This document shows positions 1-11,145 of a DNA stretch of 64,000 bases, one piece after another. The stretch comes from an uncultured Alphaproteobacteria bacterium (GTDB taxonomy: Bacteria > Pseudomonadota > Alphaproteobacteria > Rs-D84): the NCBI GenBank assembly GCA_949156565.1, contig CASCZI010000001.1, positions 118,856 to 182,855 of the forward strand. Reading direction: 5' to 3'. Below the pieces are notes generated by a model. That model was not told the DNA's origin. It saw only the letters and a list, made by a program, of their open reading frames with translations, and ran no database searches. The position numbers and the translations under genes are program-made. Each line of letters begins with the position of its first letter. Within the stretch, counting starts at the first letter, position 1.

Positions 1-39
1 GACGGCTTCTCTTTATTCAACGATAAAAAGGTATGCAAC

Positions 40-960
40 ATGTATAAATATTGGAAAATTCGCGAAATCATTGCCAAAATGGCCGCATTAGTTGGCACAA
101 ACCGTCATAAACGACGCCAAATTCGTGACAAAATTCGCTTTGCTGGATTGATTCAAAGCACCGGTCATTATGACATTGCCCGGAAAAAGTACCCAACGCC
201 AATTGCAATATCATTGTGTTTCAATGGCGATGGATATAAATTGGCCGCGGTATCAATTCGATCCCTGGTTATGGCGGCATCTGATCGGTGTGATTACCGT
301 ATTTATTGCATTGTTGATTCCACAGTGCATAGCGAGCATCGCCGCATCCTGGGGCGCATGGTGGCCGATACCCAATCAACAATTACATTTATTGATGCCA
401 ATCATGATTTTGACACCGCCCACCGACGCCGGTGGCCGGTGGCGGTGTATTATCGCATGATGCTGCCCAAACTATTGCCGGATATCGACCAGATTATTTA
501 TGCAGACATCGATACAATATTTTGTCGTGATTTAATTGATTTGGCCTGTTTAGACATGGGGGACAATTTGGTCGCGGGCGTGGCCGATTACGCCAACGGA
601 TATATAAATTCCGGCGTCTTGGTCATGAATTTGAAACAAATGCGCGATGAAAACATCTATGACACCTGGGTCCGGGCCGCCCATAAAAAAAATTGCAAGA
701 ACCCAGACCAAGACTTATTAAACTACACCACGCGCGGGCGAAAAATATTTTTGCCGTTGCGGTACAACTTTCAATCTATGTTGGGGACACGTTTATTCAA
801 GGTACATACCGATCGTGAATTCTTTGATTTGCGTCACCATCTGGTTGTTATGCATTATTCAAATTGGATGAAACCATGGCACCCCCATAACAGACGTCCC
901 ATATATTCCAATTTATGGTGGGATGCGGCGCGACAAACAGATCTGCGATTTGATCTATGA
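40..960 (+). CDS. Glycosyltransferase family 8 (LPS/LOS glycosyltransferase-like)
   Basis: Complete ATG ORF. GT8-type motifs present: DxD (YADIDTIF), NSGVLVMNL, and a C-terminal HY..W..KPW pattern. Confidence 0.7.
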   Translation: MYKYWKIREIIAKMAALVGTNRHKRRQIRDKIRFAGLIQSTGHYDIARKKYPTPIAISLCFNGDGYKLAAVSIRSLVMAASDRCDYRIYCIVDSTVHSEHRRILGRMVADTQSTITFIDANHDFDTAHRRRWPVAVYYRMMLPKLLPDIDQIIYADIDTIFCRDLIDLACLDMGDNLVAGVADYANGYINSGVLVMNLKQMRDENIYDTWVRAAHKKNCKNPDQDLLNYTTRGRKIFLPLRYNFQSMLGTRLFKVHTDREFFDLRHHLVVMHYSNWMKPWHPHNRRPIYSNLWWDAARQTDLRFDL

Positions 961-1040
961 TTTCATTCATATTTTAAAATATTATGTTTTTTAATAAAAT
1001 AGGCTTGAATGCATGTGCAAAATAATGTATATTGGGTGAT

Positions 1041-1601
1041 ATGAAAAAAATCTTGGTATTTTTATTGATGACTCTGGCAACTGGCGCGGGGGCATATGCC
1101 GGGACCAATCCCTTTATGGGAACGCATGAACACCAGGTTGCCCTGTACATGGCCCAGGGTGTCGACAGTGGGTTTCTGGTTCCGCCGCCAACGCGATTGG
1201 TGCCGTTCTATATGCTGCAGATGCAGTATTCCCAGCCAACAACGTTCTTTAAAATCCCGGCACGCCAGTCATTGAATTTTGGCGAAACGGTGGGCTTTGG
1301 CGAAAAGTATCACTGGGATTGGGACAAATATTCAATCCCCATGATTTTTTTCAGCGAAGATTTGGCATTGGCCTATGGCGATTGCTGGTATTTCAGTGTC
1401 GGCGCCGGTGTCGGTTTCCAGGCCCAGCAAAACGAACGCATCGGGTCCAAATTACTGTTTCAATTCAAGGTGGCGGCCGGCATCCGCATGACAGACGCCA
1501 TCGCCATGGAATTATACACCCAGCATTTTTCCAACGGCAACACGGCGCCTGAAAACTATTCATACGGGTTTTACGGCGTTGGCCTGACGTACAATTTTTA
1601 A
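1041..1601 (+). CDS. PagL-like lipid A 3-O-deacylase / outer-membrane beta-barrel protein
   Basis: Signal peptide (MKKILVFLLMTLATGAGAYA). C-terminal HFSNGN motif with a downstream Glu, as in PagL. Ends in Phe, typical of OM beta-barrels. Start moved to the internal ATG because the ORF-track start is TTG. Confidence 0.5.
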   Translation: MKKILVFLLMTLATGAGAYAGTNPFMGTHEHQVALYMAQGVDSGFLVPPPTRLVPFYMLQMQYSQPTTFFKIPARQSLNFGETVGFGEKYHWDWDKYSIPMIFFSEDLALAYGDCWYFSVGAGVGFQAQQNERIGSKLLFQFKVAAGIRMTDAIAMELYTQHFSNGNTAPENYSYGFYGVGLTYNF

Positions 1602-1628
1602 CCTTTGCCTGGATTTTATTCAAAACAT

Positions 1629-1637
1629 TGGTATAAT
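1629..1637 (+). promoter_or_regulatory. Extended -10 promoter (TGGTATAAT) for the downstream hypothetical gene
   Basis: TGnTATAAT lies 22 nt upstream of the GAGAAGAAACA RBS and the ATG at 1659. Confidence 0.4.
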
Positions 1638-1658
1638 ATTTCATATAGAGAAGAAACA

Positions 1659-2273
1659 ATGGCATTGAACGTTCGATTATTGGAAATTCCCTTTGACGCC
1701 ATGTCACGTGGCCCCGACGGCGCATTTAACCCCAACGCCCCATTGACCCGTGGCCACAGCAAATTTATCAACATGATGGGCCGAATTATCATTGTCGCCG
1801 ATATTAACGGATATGTTCAACCGTTTTACCTGTCGTCGGGAATGGGCGGCAAGAAAAACGTTCCGGCGGGCAAATGGTATCCGTTTTTTGGTATCGACAA
1901 CGATTTATGGATAAACAAGCTTTCGTCGACAGAAATTGCCGCCTATTACCACAACGACACACTGAAAAAAATTTCCCAGCAACTGGATACCGTTATCGGC
2001 GACATACGTGACCGGGCCGACACCCTGCCGATGCCGTCGATTAAATCAACACGGACGTTTGACTTTATCAACCAAAGTTTTGCCCGCGTTGCATCAAACG
2101 ACACACCGGAAACGATAAAAATCGTATCTAGCAATGTCGTCCAATCTATCCAAAAAATAAACCAGATTGTACGCCAAGATGCCTTGCACACCGGGGCGCG
2201 GCGCGTGCCAAACAATCCAAATCCCCATAATCCCCGATTCCCGCCGGATTATATGACGAAACAGCGGGATTAA
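1659..2273 (+). CDS. Hypothetical protein (no recognisable domain)
   Basis: ORF of about 205 aa from an internal ATG preceded by a purine-rich RBS. A Pro/Asn-rich C-terminal tail. Convergent with ung. Confidence 0.4.
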   Translation: MALNVRLLEIPFDAMSRGPDGAFNPNAPLTRGHSKFINMMGRIIIVADINGYVQPFYLSSGMGGKKNVPAGKWYPFFGIDNDLWINKLSSTEIAAYYHNDTLKKISQQLDTVIGDIRDRADTLPMPSIKSTRTFDFINQSFARVASNDTPETIKIVSSNVVQSIQKINQIVRQDALHTGARRVPNNPNPHNPRFPPDYMTKQRD

Positions 2274-2306
2274 AAAAAAAGCCGGCGCATACCAGCTTTT
2301 TCCCCC

Positions 2307-2969
2307 TTACCATTCAATGGGTGTTTTACCATGCGCGACCATATATTCGTTCGCCCGCGAAAAATGATGATTGCCAAAAAATCCCCGATGCGCCGATAGC
2401 GGTGACGGGTGTACCGATTTTAAAATCAGATTCCGCGTCGGATCGACAAAATCAGCCTTGCGCTGGGCATAACTGCCCCAGAGCATATAGACAATATTAT
2501 CCCGTTGCGCGCATGCGCGAATCACCGCATCGGTAAATGTTTCCCATCCCTTGCCCGCGTGCGATGCCGCCGCATGGGCCCGCACGGTTAACGTCGCATT
2601 CAAGAGCAATACGCCCTGCTCTGCCCAATGGGTTAAATCGCCATTTGTTACCGATGGCCGCCCCAGATCAGATTCAATTTCCTTGTAAATATTAACCAAT
2701 GACGGCGGAACAGGCGTTGGGGGTAACACGGAAAAGCACAGACCATGTGCCTGGCCAGGTTCATGATACGGATCTTGGCCGATGATCACCACCCGAACAT
2801 TATCCAGCGGGCACAGGTTAAATGCATTAAAAATATTCTTGGGCGCCGGATACACCGCCCGTCCCGACAAATATTCAGATCGCACAAAATCGGTTAGTTT
2901 GATGAAATATTCCTGATCAAATTCTGGGGCCAGGGCCGTTTTCCACGATTGATCAATTCTAACGTCCAT
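2307..2969 (-). CDS. ung: Uracil-DNA glycosylase
   Basis: GQDPYH motif, HPSPLSA, and N-terminal similarity to the Ung family. Confidence 0.9.
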   Translation of the reverse strand: MDVRIDQSWKTALAPEFDQEYFIKLTDFVRSEYLSGRAVYPAPKNIFNAFNLCPLDNVRVVIIGQDPYHEPGQAHGLCFSVLPPTPVPPSLVNIYKEIESDLGRPSVTNGDLTHWAEQGVLLLNATLTVRAHAAASHAGKGWETFTDAVIRACAQRDNIVYMLWGSYAQRKADFVDPTRNLILKSVHPSPLSAHRGFFGNHHFSRANEYMVAHGKTPIEW

Positions 2970-3456
2970 GTGACATTTCCTTTAGCTGGGTATTGATAAA
3001 TACCAACACATCTTTTTTGTGCCACCCCGGGTTCAGCCCCCCACAAAAATCGATTAATTTTTTTACCAATTCCATGCCACGTCCCCGATTTAATATGGCC
3101 GACCCCGTGATACGACGGGCCGCCCATCTAAATTGGTCAATGCATTCCGCGTCCAAATGGCGATCATTATTATAATGGTCAAAAAATCCCGTCTGGTGAT
3201 TTATGTAAAATTTTTCCACACCCCGGCGGCCACCCGCCATAACACGCCATGTTTGTGTATCCTTGTCGGCGATTTTAAAGGTATCATAAATCTGGGTAAA
3301 ATTACCGTTGCACACCATGTCCATTTGATGCGCCGCGTGGGTATGCGATATCATATCACCATTGATAGATAAAATTGATATTTCCATGCCGGTGTACGGT
3401 CGCAACCCATAAACCCCGTTCTTAACGGTCCATTTTACAAAATCCATCGTCATCAT
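2959..3456 (-). CDS. Hypothetical protein, possibly cupin-fold
   Basis: 165-aa ORF overlapping the ung start by 11 nt. HTHAAHQ and H..D motifs are compatible with a cupin metal site. No firm family assignment. Confidence 0.35.
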   Translation of the reverse strand: MMTMDFVKWTVKNGVYGLRPYTGMEISILSINGDMISHTHAAHQMDMVCNGNFTQIYDTFKIADKDTQTWRVMAGGRRGVEKFYINHQTGFFDHYNNDRHLDAECIDQFRWAARRITGSAILNRGRGMELVKKLIDFCGGLNPGWHKKDVLVFINTQLKEMSHGR

Positions 3457-3533
3457 TTCTCTTGGTTTTTATTCATTATAAATATGAAAAACCAAAAAAA
3501 TCAAGCATTGTGGGCAAATTTTGTCGATCGTTT

Positions 3534-3989
3534 TTATTTATACGTACAAGATTGGGTTATACTGAACCGGCCGGTTATATCATAATAGATTCCCGTCCCC
3601 AGATAACATTGCGATTTCGACGTCGCACCGACGGGGGATGTTCCCTTGGCCAATATCTTGCGGGATGCATCAATATATATATCTGTGGCCTTGGGACAGG
3701 GTAGACATACACCGACCTGATCATAATATCCCGCCCCGCATAGACTACAGTTACAGTCACCATTTTCTGTGTTTGTGATATTGACCCCATATCCCAGGTT
3801 ACATATACATTGATAACATGGGTATGTCATACATGCCATGCATGTGCCATTGGGATTGGTTATTGTCTGACGTATTCCATTAACAATCGGGAAATCTGTT
3901 CGGGTGCATTCGCTGCTACCTACACTGACCCCCATGGCATTCGCGTTCAAAAACACAATCGCCGCCACCAAGATAAATAATCTAAACAT
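3534..3989 (-). CDS. Secreted cysteine-rich protein with ephrin-receptor-like (GCC2_GCC3-type) CxxGYY...CxxCP repeat
   Basis: Internal ATG gives a signal peptide (MFRLFILVAAIVFLNANAMG). The mature part has about 17 Cys, including CSLCGAGYYDQVGVCLPCP. Confidence 0.5.
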   Translation of the reverse strand: MFRLFILVAAIVFLNANAMGVSVGSSECTRTDFPIVNGIRQTITNPNGTCMACMTYPCYQCICNLGYGVNITNTENGDCNCSLCGAGYYDQVGVCLPCPKATDIYIDASRKILAKGTSPVGATSKSQCYLGTGIYYDITGRFSITQSCTYK

Positions 3990-4011
3990 GACATCCCCCA
4001 ATCGAATAAAA

Positions 4012-4041
4012 ACCGCCGCGAAATGGGCGGTCGGGATGTTA
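4012..4041 (-). terminator. Hairpin plus T-run immediately upstream of the cysteine-rich gene start
   Basis: On the minus strand: CCGCC-GCGAAATG-GGCGG followed by TTTTTA. Confidence 0.35.
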
Positions 4042-4307
4042 GAAAAATCATATTCATGAAATGACCGCGCAGATTTTAGGATAAACCCCTGTGGTATAAC
4101 TGCGCCAACCCGACCCGTGTCGGGATGGTTGTAGACACAACCGAAATTGGATACCCGTCGTGCACACGTGCACAACGTCATGAATATGGGTTTTCTAAGC
4201 CCCGAATCCCCGTTCCCACGGAAATTCGTTTGTTATTTTATCACGCCAATCATGAAAAGACAAGTGGGCATTCACGCCCCATTACCAAATCATGACCGGC
4301 GACAAGT

Positions 4308-4961
4308 TCACAGAAAATCAAAAGAGATAAGTTTATTCTGGGCGGCACGCCACAAAACCACATCAATATATCCCCGGGGCATATCCGTCACGGCAACCAA
4401 TGCATTAAACATATCATCACATGCCGCCCGCACATCCGGATCCAAATGAGCATTGTTGATTTTCGCCGCCAATGCCGGATTTCGTGCATAAAGCGTGCCC
4501 AGACGTTGTATCCAAATGTCATATTTTACCACATCTTCGCCCAGATTCCGCCCCAGGTGATGCGCGGTAATACGCCCGATATGGGGCAATTGGGCCAAAT
4601 AATTCAAACGCGCATCCACACCCCGGCATGCATAATATCCCGCACAGAATGTCACGCGATCACGCCATATCCGATCAATGGCAACGGTTTTGTTTTTGTT
4701 ATGGAATATTTGATAGAGTTGCCCCGCATCCGCCCCCCGGCGCAATGCGTCACAAATCAAGGTGTGAATCCGCCGGGCCGTATTTTGGGAAAAACCACCG
4801 GCCAAGATAACATACGCACAATGATCGGCAAATTCGTCGGGCGTGCACCGTCGGGGATGCGCCAGATTTTCGCGAATCTGGTCAAAGGACTGGACATCAT
4901 TGTCCAGTCCCATTTGGCGCAATCGCCCATCAAGTTCCCAAAACCATTCGGCGTCAAACAT
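4308..4961 (-). CDS. HhH-GPD superfamily DNA glycosylase-like protein
   Basis: Helix-hairpin-helix / Gly-Pro loop / Asp signature LPHIGRITAHHLGRNLGEDVVKYDIWIQRLG. No Fe-S cysteine cluster. Confidence 0.45.
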   Translation of the reverse strand: MFDAEWFWELDGRLRQMGLDNDVQSFDQIRENLAHPRRCTPDEFADHCAYVILAGGFSQNTARRIHTLICDALRRGADAGQLYQIFHNKNKTVAIDRIWRDRVTFCAGYYACRGVDARLNYLAQLPHIGRITAHHLGRNLGEDVVKYDIWIQRLGTLYARNPALAAKINNAHLDPDVRAACDDMFNALVAVTDMPRGYIDVVLWRAAQNKLISFDFL

Positions 4962-4969
4962 ATAAAATC

Positions 4970-7369
<2,400 letters not shown>

Positions 7370-7448
7370 CTACTTTTTCCTTTCGTTTTTCACATGAAAA
7401 CCATAGCAATTTATGCTATAATGATCAAGAAAAAAGGGACAAAATACC

Positions 7449-7730
7449 ATGACAGAAACAAAAGAAGATTACTTTACCAAAGATGATTATTTATCACCCA
7501 CCAAGGCGGCCATAAAATTCAAAGAATCACGAAAACTGGTCCAAGATTTAATGACCGAAATTTACCGGAAAAAAATGACGTTTAATATTGGTTCAAAAAA
7601 ACGGATTCTGGTCATATTAAAGCATTCTGCCAAGGCAAATCTCCGCAACATGGCTAATTTACGGTTACATCCATTAGGAATTGAGATTTTTCAAGAATTA
7701 TTGACCCAGGCCAAGGACAAGAGCAAATGA
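7449..7730 (+). CDS. Small hypothetical protein (93 aa), first gene of a two-gene cassette
   Basis: ATG start downstream of a TATAAT (7417-7422). Lys-rich. Overlaps the next gene by ATGA. Confidence 0.45.
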   Translation: MTETKEDYFTKDDYLSPTKAAIKFKESRKLVQDLMTEIYRKKMTFNIGSKKRILVILKHSAKANLRNMANLRLHPLGIEIFQELLTQAKDKSK

Positions 7731-8296
7731 AATTCAAACTTCTTTATTTCGGCGATATTTTAATTAATCCCAAAAAACGGGCCCAACACATTTCGGACAT
7801 CCGGATGCAGTTTCACCCCCAACTCAAAAAATTGGTTGAACATCAACCGTGGAACAATTTAACACGGTATATGATGCCCGGTGCCACAAAAAGTCCCGTT
7901 TCCACCAGACATATTGGCGGTATTAATTGGAACCCCATTATTACACCCAATTTAAAATTAATCGCGGAATTGGATATACAAATGTTACATCCCGAAATTG
8001 TGGGCGTACCCCATACAGACATCGATAACCGGGTAAAAACACTGCTCGACGGGCTGCGATGCCCCCAAAATGAACATGAAATTGGCACCAATACGCCGCG
8101 CGATATTGGACCGATTTATACGCTTCTGGATGACGATTATTTGGTAACCAAACTGTCTATTAACACCAGTCACTTGTTATCCACCGATATATTTAATTGC
8201 TATAACTGTCGAACACCGGATACGGTCTTTATGATGATTGATGTCAATGTCCGTGTGGCCGAAGGGACGTTGGAAAACCTGCCCTTTATGGTGTAA
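7727..8296 (+). CDS. Hypothetical protein (189 aa), second gene of the cassette
   Basis: Translationally coupled (ATGA overlap). No recognisable motifs. Followed by a long-stem terminator. Confidence 0.5.
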   Translation: MKFKLLYFGDILINPKKRAQHISDIRMQFHPQLKKLVEHQPWNNLTRYMMPGATKSPVSTRHIGGINWNPIITPNLKLIAELDIQMLHPEIVGVPHTDIDNRVKTLLDGLRCPQNEHEIGTNTPRDIGPIYTLLDDDYLVTKLSINTSHLLSTDIFNCYNCRTPDTVFMMIDVNVRVAEGTLENLPFMV

Positions 8297-8302
8297 CAAA
8301 AA

Positions 8303-8366
8303 AACCGGCCGATGTCCACCCACAAACGTCGATGATTTTTTTGGGTGGACATCGGCTGGTTTTTTA
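8303..8366. terminator. Bidirectional rho-independent terminator / long inverted repeat
   Basis: 20-bp stem (AACCGGCCGATGTCCACCCA / TGGGTGGACATCGGCTGGTT, one G-U pair). About 19-nt loop. A-run upstream, T-run downstream. Confidence 0.6.
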
Positions 8367-8443
8367 TTTATCCCCGTATTTCTTTTATATTAATTCCATA
8401 ATCATCCCCCCGGGGGATTGTTTGACGGCGCAGTGGGGGTTAA

Positions 8444-9514
8444 TTATACCAATGCGGCGGTAATTTGATCCTGCATCTGGAATGTGCCCAAGACGACCCA
8501 CGCAATGATCGCCGATACCAGTAAAATTCCCATTGAATTCATGACATTGGATATAGATTCCATTCGACGAATAGATTCGGCCAAATAATCATTGGCCACA
8601 CGTGACAAATTACGATCAAATTCGTTCATTTCTGCATAAATCGCCAAATCACCAATAATTTCGTCATCGGGGAAATCGCGCCCTGTTTTGATCAATGCCG
8701 CCCCCAGATTGTCCCCCCCCACGATATAGCGCAGGGCGGCATTTAAAATACTGCGTAAATAAGGGTTTGAATTGTCGGCCAACATACGCATGGCATCAAC
8801 CACCGTCACGCCCGATGCCACCATCGCCGATAATGACATCAACCATCCGACCGATGCCTGAATCTTATAAATGCGCCATGGGGGAAATTTATCAAATTTT
8901 GCCCGCAAACGCCCGGCCCAGTTCGGCAAACTAACCGTGATGACAATAACACCAATTACAAACGATGCCGTTAAAACAAACCAATAACGTGACGCCATAT
9001 CCGCCAACCAGATCAGTGATGCCGCCGATCCGCGCCATACGATACCGGGCCCCGCCGCATCGGCCAATGGTGGCACCAGATATAATCCCACCATAATAAT
9101 GATTCCCACCGTCAATGCCAACAAGAACAACGGATATGTAATGGCCGACATCATGGCCCGCTTGATCCGGCCCGTGCCATCAACAACACGTCCAACGTTT
9201 TCCAACGCCACCACCAAATTAGACAAATTTCCCGATGTCACCAATAATGTTTCATCCATCGGAACCCATCCACGTGTCGCCTCAGAAAAGGTCATCCCCC
9301 GTTCCAGGTTTTTTTGCCATTCGCGCATCACAATGGCAAATGGTTCATCCGGTTTGGCCCCCCCCTTAGATTCGATCATTTCAATTCGCCCCAGTGCATC
9401 CATCAACGTAAAATCATTCCGCAACAGGGACGCCAATTTTCGGCATACAGACATGCGGCGTCCGGTATTTAACCGAAAGGATAATTTCGCATAGAGTCGT
9501 TCAAGGCGTTCCAT
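8444..9514 (-). CDS. GspF/PilC-like (T2SS F-family) inner-membrane platform protein; PilR(R64)/BfpE/TcpE-like
   Basis: About 356-aa polytopic membrane protein with several hydrophobic segments. Immediately downstream of the GspE-like ATPase. Start moved to the internal ATG (MERLERLY) one nt after the ATPase stop. Confidence 0.55.
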   Translation of the reverse strand: MERLERLYAKLSFRLNTGRRMSVCRKLASLLRNDFTLMDALGRIEMIESKGGAKPDEPFAIVMREWQKNLERGMTFSEATRGWVPMDETLLVTSGNLSNLVVALENVGRVVDGTGRIKRAMMSAITYPLFLLALTVGIIIMVGLYLVPPLADAAGPGIVWRGSAASLIWLADMASRYWFVLTASFVIGVIVITVSLPNWAGRLRAKFDKFPPWRIYKIQASVGWLMSLSAMVASGVTVVDAMRMLADNSNPYLRSILNAALRYIVGGDNLGAALIKTGRDFPDDEIIGDLAIYAEMNEFDRNLSRVANDYLAESIRRMESISNVMNSMGILLVSAIIAWVVLGTFQMQDQITAALV

Positions 9515-9515
9515 C

Positions 9516-11141
9516 TTAATATACCCCCGGTTGATCCAACAATCCGACCCAACGTTCCAATTCATCCACCCCAATAATTCCCGACAGCATTAATTCCATC
9601 GCCGATTCTTTAAGGGTTCGTCCCCCCAGATTTTCCAGCCAATACCGCGCCGCGCCATCGGTATTTCCCGACAAGGCCATTTGTAAAAATTCAGAATTGG
9701 GAATGATAATTTCACCCGCCTTGATCCGCCCCAGCGTACCCGTCCCCCGGCATTCTTCGCACCCGGCCCCACGGATATACACCTGGCGCAGGCCCAATTC
9801 CCCAAACGCATCTTTGACCCGCCGATATGCCGGATGATTGGGATGATCGATCAAACGTTCCCGGCAATACGGACATAATTTCTTAAACAGACGCATCGAT
9901 ACCAAACCGCGCATCATTGTTTCTTCTTTTAGTTTGAACCCCTCTACCCCCATGTCCAGCAATCGCGTCAATGCCGCCATGGCAGAATTGGCGTGTAATG
10001 TGGTCCACACATTGTGTCCTGATAATGCCCCCTTAACCGTTAATTGCGCGGCCGACAACGTACGGATTTCCCCCACCATTAACGTATCGGGATCACTTCG
10101 CAGGGCGGCGGCCAGTGCCTCTGTAAACTTTTCTTCGCGCATTTCTTCGTTGGATGCATTGACAACCGGCATTTGATGCGCGCCAAAAATCTTTTGTTCC
10201 GCGGGATCTTCGACAGTAATCAGATTAATTTCATAATGTCGTTCTTTCAGCATTAACGACATGTTGCGAACCAACGTTGTGGATTTTCCCGAACTGGTTG
10301 GGCCGGCAACCACCACCAATCCCGTCGGAAAAGAGCGCAAACGCATCAACAGCTTTTGTTCATATTCGCCAAATTCTTGGGCGGTTTTGATCCCTTCGCT
10401 TGGGTTATCATAAAGCAGGCGCATCACCACATAACGTGATCCGAATGCGATGGGATTAAATTGCATACGTATCCCCAAAATCCCCACCGGCAGGTATAAA
10501 TCCTTGGTCCCACGCAGGGGTGTTCCCCCATCTTTCTGGGCCGATTGGTATTCATTTTGGGCATAATTCGAATTCGAAATATCGGCCGATGCAAATGCCG
10601 CCCGAACAAATGATTCCCCCCATTGTGAATTATATTCCAAGACGGGTTGCATACTGCCATCAATGCGGAAATAAATGGTGGTTTGATCGGCCACTTCTAT
10701 ATGAATATCCGATACTTTCTGGGCGGCGGCCTTGGCAATGATATCTACGAAATCTTTTTGCATTTGGTTGTCATAATCGCCACGGGCCGATCCATCACCC
10801 ATATGTTCCCGATAAATTTTATAAATGGCCGCAACCAAACCCAAATCGGCATAAAATGGTTCGCGCATGGGTCGATCTTGGGCGTGTAATAAATCCAAAA
10901 ACGCCAAGACCCGTCCATCATACCGATGGGTACGGGAAATGATAATTTGCCCCCCCGAAAAATACGCAATTAATCCCTGGGCATCGGGGGGTAATGCCAA
11001 CGCCCCGCCCGCCGCCGTCATCAATCGGTTATTATCCCCCAATAAAAAGTCGGCAATATCACGGTTTGATCCGGCCGCCACGGCGGGGGGAACCGATAAA
11101 TTTGATGTATCCTGCAATGATTTATTTTTATCCTGGGCCAT
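9516..11141 (-). CDS. GspE/PilB-family secretion/type IV pilus assembly ATPase
   Basis: Walker A GPTSSGKST. Asp box and His box present. Tetracysteine CPYC...CEEC. 541 aa with an N-terminal extension. Confidence 0.85.
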   Translation of the reverse strand: MAQDKNKSLQDTSNLSVPPAVAAGSNRDIADFLLGDNNRLMTAAGGALALPPDAQGLIAYFSGGQIIISRTHRYDGRVLAFLDLLHAQDRPMREPFYADLGLVAAIYKIYREHMGDGSARGDYDNQMQKDFVDIIAKAAAQKVSDIHIEVADQTTIYFRIDGSMQPVLEYNSQWGESFVRAAFASADISNSNYAQNEYQSAQKDGGTPLRGTKDLYLPVGILGIRMQFNPIAFGSRYVVMRLLYDNPSEGIKTAQEFGEYEQKLLMRLRSFPTGLVVVAGPTSSGKSTTLVRNMSLMLKERHYEINLITVEDPAEQKIFGAHQMPVVNASNEEMREEKFTEALAAALRSDPDTLMVGEIRTLSAAQLTVKGALSGHNVWTTLHANSAMAALTRLLDMGVEGFKLKEETMMRGLVSMRLFKKLCPYCRERLIDHPNHPAYRRVKDAFGELGLRQVYIRGAGCEECRGTGTLGRIKAGEIIIPNSEFLQMALSGNTDGAARYWLENLGGRTLKESAMELMLSGIIGVDELERWVGLLDQPGVY

Positions 11142-11145
11142 GGGT

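Noticed and set aside
170-460. 96-aa ORF and other alternative-frame or antisense ORFs listed inside well-supported genes (e.g. 1319..1552, 5187..5402, 22677..23180, 40474..40893, 45853..46275, 51103..51639)
   Set aside because: They lie fully inside strongly supported CDSs (GT8, gyrB, virB4, pheT, mutS, cysteine-rich gene) in other frames. They are low-complexity or Arg/Pro-rich in the way typical of GC-skewed shadow ORFs, and have no RBS or motif support.
3534-4181. Long 215-aa version of the cysteine-rich ORF, and similar 5' extensions of truB, yidD, accB, recF, mutS, the TPR protein and the GspF-like gene
   Set aside because: The extended N-termini lack signal-peptide or family features, overlap upstream genes or terminators, or begin at TTG codons called by the ORF track. 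Internal ATGs restore canonical N-termini or signal peptides.
7727-8296. 2H-phosphoesterase (LigT-like) or HEPN assignment for the 189-aa cassette protein
   Set aside because: Only one imperfect H-x-S/T-x motif (HISD) is present. The second candidate (HTDI) does not fit, and an isolated R-x5-H is not enough for HEPN. Left as unknown.
9516-11141. Possibility that the secretion ATPase is VirB11 of the T4SS
   Set aside because: 541 aa with a tetracysteine CPYC...CEEC and an N-terminal extension fits GspE/PilB/BfpD-type ATPases, not the roughly 330-aa VirB11. It is also unlinked to virB3/virB4.
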